From: Trypethelium eluteriae
Lineage: Eukaryota
Length of the DNA: 36,287 nucleotides
Assembly: GCA_051942245.1 (NCBI GenBank)
Contig: JAVECL010000204.1
Coordinates: forward strand, 1-36,287
Direction of reading: 5' to 3'
Below are positions 11,961 to 21,689 of this stretch, piece after piece. Position 1 is the stretch's first letter, and each line of letters starts with the position of its first letter. Made by a program: the position numbers and the translations under genes. The notes below the pieces were generated by a model that had not been told where the DNA came from, did not search any database, and was given only the letters and a program-made list of their open reading frames with translations.

Positions 11961-14565
11961 TTTAGCATCATCGAGGAACTTAGCCCCCTTAGAGAGTCCC
12001 AAACCAATCAGTACTGCCACGAATATTACCGTTATCCTGCAACTGGGAGAGCTATCTATCCCCTACATGGTACAGCTTTTCTATCTCATGATAAAGCAGT
12101 ACACCAATATTCATATCCGTCGCGCACAACTCGGGACTCAGTTCCTTCGCGTCCCTTCGCGAGACAGACAATTGCGACCGAAGAGCAAACTCGGTTCTCT
12201 CCAGAGGTTCACAGGTCTATAGCTCCTTCTCGAGGAAATGGACATCGGTACGACCCCTACCGAAATTCTTTGGTCAACCGCGAAACCAAGGATAACCGGG
12301 AGAGATGGCAGATTGAAGCTGACAAGCTTGTGGAAAGTACTCCAACTGCCAAGGACTGGCGGCAAAGGTCAGAAACATGGATCAAAGACGGGGCAATTCA
12401 GTCAGTCTTACGCCCAGCTTCCGATACTAAAGCGCAAGACGACCCAATCCCTGAAGAAGAGGCATTAATTCTGTACGGACTGTCAAAACGATATATCGGG
12501 GCTATACAGCGTCAAGTCAACACTCAAGATCACCGTCCGGCAGTACAAGGGCTTCAAAGTATTCTGGTCTCTTCCTTGTGCATTGTTCTTCGGAAGAGAG
12601 GAGTTTCTAAGGAGAAGGTCAACGAACTCATGTGTATCCAATTCAGAAATCGAAGTATGAGATATCTACAGATTCTACAAAAGACAACTTTTTGGCTTCT
12701 TAAATTGATTGAAGATCTGAGAGGTAGTTGGAACTATCGCGCAGGGCACTTACTAGTCGTTTGTAAGTATACACCACCAAAAGTCTGTATTTCAGCTCAC
12801 TCAAAGCAGGGAACCGGGACATTACTTATTTCAAAAATTTGGCTGATTACCCTGTCAAAAGCCATACCTATCTTTGCAAGAAGCTGCAACAGAGAGAATT
12901 TACAGGTTATTCCGACTCGCCAGGAGGCAGACTCCTTGAACTAGACTTACCAATATTAGTGGGGCAAATATTCAAGAACAGACTCTCGTACGTATCTTCC
13001 TCCCAAGAGTCCCCCTTCTTTGCCTAATTCTTGATTTCTTGATGTAGCCACGTCCAGATTGCAGTGTGTCTGGGATACTCTGATCCCGATCGATTCGACT
13101 TCATGCTGCACCCATGGCACTATTTCAAGAGTCCTCTCCACCAGGATGACACCAGACGGAGCAGTGGAAGCCTAGGCCGACCCCCTGTTGACCTGGACAG
13201 CCATCCTAATGAAGCCCCCAACGTGACGTTAGCTAAGGAAGCAGGGTCAAGGCGTTCCTTGGAAGATTGTTTGCAGGCCAATGAGATAAGAATCTTCAAC
13301 TTAATCTCTCAGGACACGAGACAAACGATACAAACCCGGAGTGAAAAGGTGGATTGTATTCAGGATATTAACGGAGCCCAGAAAACCCCGGGAAGTCTTT
13401 TTATGAAAGCTTTGGCTGAATGGCGCCTTGCTCAAGAATACGACGAATGGGAAAAGAAAACCCACAACAGCTCGCGAATAGATGAGCTGGTCAAGGACCC
13501 TCGTAAAAGCAAGGAAACTGCGACTGGTCATGTCTACGATTATGTTCGGACACTTCCAATATCAGCAGACTCTTACGAGTTGGTCAGAGAGGCCATTCGC
13601 CATGGGATCAGGCTTCTTGTTGCCGAGGAGATGTTGAAAAACTCGCACGAATTGGACTCCCCTGGGATTATGATTTGTTCAGCGTTTGCGCATACGCAGT
13701 TCACGAGATTGGACTATGTAAATCTTCAGAGCAAGATCACGACGTTAACAAAGACTAAGGTTTGGAGCCTCCTTAAGAAGGCTGTCCCATGGGTACAGTC
13801 AGCTCGAGCTCTCTATAAGAATCGTGGCTTACCAAATGAGTTCCACATGACAACAAATACTGACGGAGGAGTTGAAGATGGCTGCATGCGAGGGTTAGAT
13901 CAAGATCAGATGATTTTGAGGATGACGCCATCAGTCGCCAACTGTCATGGTAAGCTGCCAGGACCAGCCCCCGTAACACTCTTACCACATTACAAGACTG
14001 CTGATGCTCTTTATTCATAGATGGACCAATCACCCTATCGAAAGGTAGCGCAATACCTTTGCAGAATGAACGAAGCCATCTCTCCAATGAACGGGCCTGC
14101 GTCTTATCACAGTCCCCAACATCGGTACTGCTTCATTCGTCTATAAATCTATCAGTAAACGAGTCACCTATTAATCACGATGCCACCTCGTTATCGTCCA
14201 CACAGAATTTGGGCTATGTCATGGGAGTGGAAGAAAGGGTACCCCTCGAGCCAGACGTAGACCATGACACCGGACGGCTTGGACCTTTGCAAGATAAATT
14301 TGAGCAGTTGATGAGCGGAGCGAATATCTTGGAAGGTCAGTTTTGTATCTCTGGTCCTTCTCATACGCTGATGCTGATTGAGTGCGTGAAATCAGGTTCT
14401 TGGCAATGCCCAACCCGCTTTACAGATACAGCGACTGCCCAATGCGTGATCCAGTGCCAAATCAATCTGGACGGCGGGTCCATACCGTATGAGGTTGACC
14501 GGATTTCCCAAAATGTGCCCCAGTCACAAGTCGAACACTCTCCCTTATATGACTTTCAATGCTAA
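11934..14565 (+). CDS. Multi-exon hypothetical protein, paralog A: shared helical domain (SLCIVL..G..W..LI..L...W..RA..L...LGY) plus a second domain (AIRHGIRLLV..PGI)
   Basis: ORFs 11934..12944, 12839..13027, 13064..14020 and 14059..14565 join in frame via introns 12763-12809, about 12988-13047 and about 13950-14020. Start and 3' end are less certain. Confidence 0.75.
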
Positions 14566-14572
14566 CAAATGT

Positions 14573-15045
14573 CTATTGGAACCAGACCGAGAAAACAACA
14601 CCATCGCTCATGAATACCGGTTCGCCGCTGGCACAAAATATGGCTCTTCCAAGACGAACGACATATTTCTGTTCACTGGAATCCTGTGTGTATGCGATAA
14701 AGGCTTGAGGTTTGGTGACCTGGATAGGGATTACAATCTGGTTGCGAGAGCCTCCGATGTACGAGCCGGGTGGTTTAGTCGTTCGGTAGATAGCAAACCG
14801 GTTGGAGAACTGTACTGGTCAGAAAAGCTACATTAGGGAGGTAAGATACTCTATACTTTAGGAAACTGCTTCAGTACTGTTTCCCGAAGCGTCTGCACTG
14901 CATCTCTTTGGAAATCTGCTGTACACCTTTCTAGAGCGGCCGGAGAAGGCACGGCGACCGTCTCATATTCGCCGCGATGGTCATCTACCCAAGCTTGGAG
15001 GCCTTGATCGATATCTACATCGACTTGCTCTAGATGCGACGACAT
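14573..15045 (-). CDS. Two-exon small protein (about 140 aa) with 'PGSY...IVIPIQ' beta-rich domain
   Basis: ATG at 15045. A 47-nt intron (gtatag..ctgac..cag) after LKQFPK leads to exon 2 FSNRFAIYRTTKPPGSYIGGSRNQIVIPIQV...FSVWFQ-TAG at 14573. Confidence 0.7.
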
Positions 15046-15135
15046 TCTTGGGTCGGCGCTCTTGGTAAGGTTTGGGAGTTAGAAATGTTGTACTTAATTT
15101 TTGAGTGGGGCTATTCTCACAGGTTCCATATCAAT

Positions 15136-15206
15136 GTCACGTGAACATGGCCTTAGCAGGTGCTTACCGACCTAGGTACGGTGGTACCTAGGTCAAGGTA
15201 CCTACC
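15136..15206. promoter_or_regulatory. CACGTG plus GGTACC/CCTAGG palindrome cluster upstream of the 15045 gene
   Basis: cacgtg at 15138-15143, cctagg at 15171-15176, ggtacctagg at 15183-15192, aggtacct at 15196-15203. Confidence 0.4.
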
Positions 15207-15945
15207 GTAACGGAGACTTGTTGCGCGTGAAAATTCTAGTACTCTGCCATCTCGTTGGACAGATATTCCGTTGCATCACGCCACCTGTTGTTGACCACCC
15301 TCATACTGAATATTTCAGCATTGTAACGATTGGCAGTGCGCTCGCATCAGGCGTTATCATTGGCAATATACACTTTTGCTGCATGCACGTCTTCTTGTGA
15401 TACACTTTTACCATGAACCACTTCCGCGTCAATGCTACCCAGCATTTGGGGTCTTCGCACCGACGCTTGGCAACGAAAAACACAAGCTATGCCAAGAGCT
15501 GTCAGCCCGACGGTCGGGTAACAGCGCCCATGTGGATAATTCTCGATCGATCAGAGAAACTTAAGGAGACTACAGCCGTCCGACTGCGTACATGAGCTAG
15601 CCTTGATCTCCACCTTAAGTGCCTGACACGCATAGATCGTCTCATGATCGGTACGTGAACCCATCCCCTGTAAGTCAGTGCGCACGGATGCATGTCAGTA
15701 TGCAAACCTTTGATTTGAGTTCAGACATGGACTGATGTCGTCTCAGAATTTGTTGCCCTCGCCGTGCGGTCGTCATCTTGGATTCAGATCCTATCCTGTC
15801 CGCATAGAATGACAGATCAGGTTATATCTCCGATACGGGCTCACGCGAAATAGGATATTATAACTACGACTACCGACGGAAATGGGCTTGCTTATGAGCT
15901 GCCTGCTCATTCATCTCTGCCTTTTTTTTACTTATTCTAGCTGTG

Positions 15946-16933
15946 ATGGGTAAACTTTCGAGCCTGAGCGTCGTGTTGACTGCAATCTCATTTCTCATTC
16001 TCATTCTCTATCTCGGACGGATGAGGAAGACCCTGGACACCTGGAAGGAATTCTTCTCCTTTGAAGCACCTTCTTGTCTTCTTATGTTTGTTCTTGGACC
16101 AGGATTGGTTACTACAAGTATATTGCAGTTCACAGACTATACAAATGTAGAAACGGCTACGTTTGTCCTTGGTTGTACGGCTGTCAGTCTGTCACATTTT
16201 CCTGGGGTATGTTGTGGACTCATGAGAGGATAACATACTAAAATTTCTAGCATTGGATTCGAACCAAAAATGGTATTTGTCCCAGCGCTTACGAAAAGTC
16301 TTCAGGGGTGAACGCATGGCGAACGCGTCTTTGCCTGATCTACCTTCTTCTTCCCATGGCTCAACTTGTTCCCGCTATTTACTTTGGGTATGTACGATTG
16401 CCTTGCTTCGAGAGAATAAGCTGAACCTTTGTAGCGTTACAGGGAAGTATCAAGGCATCTATATTGTGATTGTCTTGATTGTGGCCGCGTTGCTGTACGC
16501 ATCTATTGTGATCTTCCATCTCACCGAAAGATACAAGAACCCGCCCTATTCGAAGTTCAGGATCTACTTCTATTTCGCCTGGAATGGAGCAATTTGGTTG
16601 GCAGCCATTAGTTTGGCTTCATTTCTAAGTACAGTCACTTGGAAGCAGGACCAGCCAGACCCTCAAGTATTGCAGGTAAGCTTCAATTACAGAGGAAACC
16701 CAATATACTAATCTGTTCAGGTCTTTGCCGCCGTACAAATACTGTCCATTCTACAGCCTCCTCTACAACGTGCCGTTGAGAAGTGCGCGAAAAAAATTAA
16801 TCCCAGCTTTGGCGAGCAACAGTCAGACCAAGATCTCACTTCACTAAATCCTCCGAGCAACAAGAGTGTTGAGGAACGTTCCGAGGAAGAAGGCCACAGA
16901 ATGGAGGAACTCAGCTGGGCGGATTGGATATAG
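15946..16933 (+). CDS. Four-exon integral membrane protein, 275 aa, about 7 TM segments (GPCR/PTH11-like topology)
   Basis: Introns 16183-16250, 16388-16434 and 16676-16720 give an uninterrupted 828-nt CDS. About seven hydrophobic segments are followed by an acidic hydrophilic tail. Confidence 0.8.
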
Positions 16934-17420
16934 AGGTCCGTAGTCTCTTTGGTCTATGGCAGGTCTGGCAGAGTGTGGCGGCGGTGCTAGTCTTTATATC
17001 TAATTCCTTCAAAGCCCTTGCTCTATCTTTTGGTTTGTCCCTCATTAATGGAAAATGGTAGAAGTTCCAGTCCTTCCAAAAATTATTAACGCATGCCATG
17101 AATCCCGGTTTACAGATCTGATCAACTCTTGAGCGCATTGCCAAGCTCTATAGGTGTCTCGCCCATTCCGCCTTTGTCTTATCATGCCGCACAATTTGCT
17201 TCTGGTAAGTGGAAAGTGCAGTCCAGACGTGGTATAAGCATACTCAGCGAGCTGCATCTAATCGCCTGGTTGTTTGGTACGATAATGGCTGCGCAATCCC
17301 TGAGCACGGAAGCAAGCCGAGCATCCGCGAGCATACTGACAAGGTCTATGCGCAGGATCTACGGGTCGGCTTCAATCTGCAATTGGCTCAGACTGTTACA
17401 TTGACTTTTTAGTATCATCT
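16911..17420 (-). pseudogene. Decayed gene with a C2H2-like finger remnant
   Basis: One minus frame reads RPCQYARGCSACFRAQGLRSHYRTKQ (about 17265-17345), flanked by in-frame stops; the last His is replaced by Gln. Confidence 0.3.
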
Positions 17421-17580
17421 TCGAAGTGGTCTGCTTATACGATCGGCACTCATGTGCTGTGACACGTCTTGACAATGAAATGTACTTATCCAGCTATGTA
17501 AGAGCTCCATCTCCCGCTTGATCATCCCTAGCCTCACCGTTATGCGCCTCAGTCCCCTCCAGCTCCAATAATCACCCGTC

Positions 17581-18207
17581 ATGCAAAACTATATGGATGG
17601 TCCGGCGGACTTGACATTGCCTCCTCTACAGCACCCGAATTTCGGTCTGGCGCTCCACACGAGTATTCGACAAAACATGGGCGCAGCGCCACCTACGCCG
17701 GTACGAGCTACAGAAAATGATCTACAAGCGGCACGGAATATCCTTGGATGGAATTACAGTTACGCCGTGTCCGAGAATACACACCATTTGTCTCATGATC
17801 ATAGACCGCAAGATCCAAGGGCTTTGCGTTCTTCACCATTGACTAACCAACAATTCCCTTTAGCCGCTTCTGAGATTAAGCACAAACGAGTGTCGCGACC
17901 GGTCTGTCTGATGACTCACTCTTTGGATGCAATACTGAGTATTATCCAGGCCTGCGGCAATTGCCGTCAAATCAAAGTCAAATGTAGTGACGACAATGTC
18001 TGTTTGAGATGCTCCAGTCAGGGGTTCGACTGTATTCGCTCGGACTCATACAACGGCGACTTGGTCGCGGCTGTACGGGAGGTGCCTAAAGAAGTGAAAG
18101 ATCAAAAAGTGCAGATGCAACGTATTGAATCTCTATTGCATCAGCTGCTTTATCAAGCCATCCCAGAAAGCGGCTCAAATTCCATGTTGACATTTCGTGG
18201 TGGGTAG
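17581..18207 (+). CDS. Small Zn(II)2Cys6 protein (about 192 aa; DNA-binding domain plus coiled coil, no middle homology region)
   Basis: Removing the 48-nt intron 17902-17949 gives KRVSRPACGNCRQIKVKCSDDNVCLRCSSQGFDC (C-x2-C-x6-C-x5-C-x2-C-x6-C), followed by QMQRIESLLHQLL. Confidence 0.85.
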   Translation: MQNYMDGPADLTLPPLQHPNFGLALHTSIRQNMGAAPPTPVRATENDLQAARNILGWNYSYAVSENTHHLSHDHRPQDPRALRSSPLTNQQFPLAASEIKHKRVSRPVCLMTHSLDAILSIIQACGNCRQIKVKCSDDNVCLRCSSQGFDCIRSDSYNGDLVAAVREVPKEVKDQKVQMQRIESLLHQLLYQAIPESGSNSMLTFRGG

Positions 18208-18280
18208 AAACAGTGCAATCTATGCCTTCTTTCGGTTTCAAATCATCTCAAAAATCTATATAGAAGATGCGGTCTCAGCT

Positions 18281-19630
18281 CTACACAAAAGCCGTTTCAG
18301 TCCGACCTTCTTGAGAGACCATCATCTTGTTTCCATAAGGGCTGAAGGGCACATGGATATCGCAAAGCTTGCTGTAACTATCTGACCTGGCGAGACAAAG
18401 GAGAGCATGCTGATCATTCCGAAAATTGTCAAGAGCGCTTTGAAGTATGTTCCCACATCTTTCAATTCCGCATGATAAGGGCTTGAAGTCTTGTAAGATT
18501 TCGATTGTCATTTCGAGGACCATTATCATACGATCTTTGCCACCCATGTCTGACGAACCTTGAAAGGACCGATAAGTTGGTAACAGAGTGAGCATGGTAC
18601 CAGATAGACTAAATTCCAGAGTCAGTCTCATGTGGAATTCCTCCTGTAATCAGAGGGAAGAACCTAAAAGACGGCCACTCCATATGGAGCAGCCCCAATC
18701 GAGTTCCTTTTCCAGAGATCGTAGTAGGTTTTCGTGTTCGATATTGCCATGTCAATGCAAAGTTTTGCGTATTCTCTCAGGGATGTGGTCGAGCGCAGAC
18801 ACGGTCGCAAACACTCATGTACTGCCCCAGCATATATTGCATATACGTGCGGTGTATAGTTTGCTCGACTGGGCGACAAAAACGCCTTCTTCCAATGAAT
18901 CAGATCGTTGAAGTTATTGAGATAATTGCCTGTGCTCTTTCCCGACACCTCCGTGGAGTCCTGACGTATGCGATTGATACTCTTGTAAACAACAATTTGT
19001 GCGAGGAAAGTCGCATTCACGCCGGTGGGCAAGCATATTTCCGCTGCATACTTTTCGATACCTGAGGTTGGCAAACCCAATTCAGCGTTGTTAGCTCTAC
19101 GACTAAGCAAGTAATTGAAAGACGGGGACACCTTGACCTCAATGACTACCTGTACCGATCTTCGATCTTCCTGCCCCGTTGTGAACCAGCTCCAAATGGA
19201 GGCATTTCAGTAGACCAATTCACCTGGGTAACCAGACACGGCTCACATTTCTGAAGAACCTCATCAGCATCACCCTTTCGAACGGAAAGAGTACATGCTA
19301 CCATCGTAGAGTAATCTTCAAGCTGTTTTGCCCAAGTCTGTGGGCTCGGGCTGGATAGTCTCCACTGGATTTAAGGGGCTTCGTGATGAGACCAATTTTG
19401 AGTGACTTGTTCATGCTCAGATCGAGGAAGAGGTTGAGAATTCCAGTAAGGTCTGGGGTAAAGTAATTCGCTAGGTACAGCGTTCGATTGAGGGTTCACC
19501 ACCATTTGCTGCTTATTTGAAGACGTTTGATCGTCTGTGAAAGACATAGCCATCGCTAGGCCATTAAAGCTTGGTTGACCCATCTTTTGGTCTTGACTGT
19601 AAGGGTACATGGTTTGATCGTTGAGCATGT
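18281..19630 (-). pseudogene. Decayed paralog of the Zn2Cys6 transcription factor at 32.7-35.3 kb
   Basis: Shares ELGxPTS, AQIxxYK, HExxRP, CIxxA..YxxLWK and ILQDFxPxSCGI with the 33-kb gene. Lesions: in-frame TAA at 19371-19373, four cluster Cys replaced, middle region absent, last splice donor GT changed to TT. Confidence 0.8.
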
Positions 19631-20029
19631 GCAAGCAGGCTAATGGAAGAAATGTGTAGTGTGAGACAAGATGCAGTTGGAGAGACCACACTGTACACAG
19701 TCGGCCGCACCTACTATGATTGGAAGAGCAGGGATTATCAATTCATAGAGACATCGTATTCACAAAGGAGAAACCTTGAGCCGGAGATCCGACTTAGGCG
19801 AAATTACATACTGCTGTCGCACTGAACTATGCAGCTCTTGCAGGATCCCAACATCCTGCCCAGTCTTGCCCAGTCCGTGTCTGAGTGGATAGGAGCGGCG
19901 GGCGGGAAGCCATCCCTTTGGTCGAGTGCCTCCACCAGGATAGGGTTGAAATGCCGCCAAAGGCTTAACAGCCGTTGTATGCAGCTCTGTTAGTAAAAGA
20001 TGACCTAGAATACTGCTCTAAAAACTGTT

Positions 20030-20950
20030 CTCCCTCAGTTTTACAAGTCAGGTGAAGCCATTCGTATTAGTTGGAGGTCTCATGCCCAGGCTTCCTGCTC
20101 CGGTAGCGAACTCGTTCCGCTCTCAAGAAAAAGAAGGGAATAGTTCACGGGTACATCATACTCGGGTTATTGACACCGTCACTAGGTGTGGAGGCAATGT
20201 GGCACTGCCTGTCTCTCGTTCACTCTATGGCGATGATACTGTGGCCCCAGCACGAAAACGCAGCTATGATTGTGGCTTCGGACAATCCCCTCTTCTCGGC
20301 CTGGGAGCCGTCACTCTGACCCCACACTAGAGAGCCAAAAAATCAAACAAAGGGACTATGCCATTTCCGCCAAACCACGAGCTTTGTGATCTGCAATGCC
20401 AATAGTGCCCTAGGATGCGGCTTGCGCAAGTCTTCTGGGTGGGAGAGCCAAGATCCATGCTTGAGAAAATTTTATTGACAGGAGGATCACGGACTACTAC
20501 ATTGGATTGAGACGCTGAGACATGGATTAGATCCACACCTGGGGCTAGCGGAATGTAAGGAGCTGACATGGATGGTGGTCCAAGGATTTGGGAAGCGTAA
20601 GACGTACCACAAGCTTGGAGGCCAATAGGAGTTTTCTCGATGCCGTGGTCCATTCCACTTCTTTCTGCCTTATCATCTCTCCGGTCCAGACCTCCTGACT
20701 CAGTGCATGAGAGCGGGGATGAGCCACGCAGACCGCCGGTACATTGAGAATGATTGGCTTGCTGAACTTGTGCGTCTCCTCCGTGATTTTCAAATCTCTT
20801 GAACAGCTACATCGCCCACCACAAGCTTCTCTCAATGCTTCATAATTAATGAAGGAGAGTGTTGCCTTCCTGTGTTTACAAGAGATCTGTGGCCACAGAT
20901 TCCGGTACACAGGAAGTTGTCCAGTCTCCTACCAACACTTCATGTAACCG
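20030..20950 (-). pseudogene. Degenerate 'KLVVW' family gene, copy 2
   Basis: Frame reads TKLVVWRKWHSPFV*FFGSLVWGQSDGSQAEKRGLSEATIIAAF with stops. DNA 20254-20384 (-) aligns by eye with 26662-26794 (+). Confidence 0.5.
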
Positions 20951-21689
20951 GCTTCCCACCGCTAAGAACTCTGGGTCAAAATAGCTGACGCCGGCCCACC
21001 GTCAACACGCACGTCATGGCAAAGCCGTCTCGCACGCTGAATTGCTTCGCTGTCACTCAATACGATGGGATGGACCACTGCTACTTCTTGACAGGGTCTC
21101 AAAATGTGGTGACAGATCACGTCCTTGTGCCAAGCAAGATGAGCCTCGACCGATGCTTCACGGGAAATATAGACGGCCATGCTGCAGAAATCCCAGATTG
21201 CGTGGTGAGACAAATGGAAGGAAATTTCGATGCTGCTCATATTTCTGGATGGCTCTGGCACTGATAGTATTGATGCCGACGCTATCACGGAGAGAGCTCG
21301 CACGAGACATTCATGCTAAGTCTACTGGTCAGTGCATTGCATGGGGTAGTGTGGGTGTCTTATTGCCTTACTGAAGTCATAGAACTGAACAGTTTTTCCT
21401 TGTCCGAAAACTCGCATTTCTCATTATGTGTCAACGCTAATTCGGAAGAAGATTAGAACTCCTCCACTCTTCGGAACGATTCCTTGGAAACAATGACAAG
21501 ACTCCCGATGAGCGAGATACAGACATAGCAGATACATCCAGAAGCGACCGGGTCACTCGGATTTCCAGCATTGCGGTAGTGGTGAGTGATTGCAGCAATG
21601 GCTGCCCATGCGCTGGCTCTGATGCGACCCAATGCGCCAATGGCACTACTGACTGCGCTTGTGTGGCCACCCAAGCTACTAAAGCAGCC

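Noticed and set aside
14489..14836. Plus-strand 115-aa ORF
   Set aside because: Antisense to exon 2 of the better-supported minus-strand gene 14573-15045.
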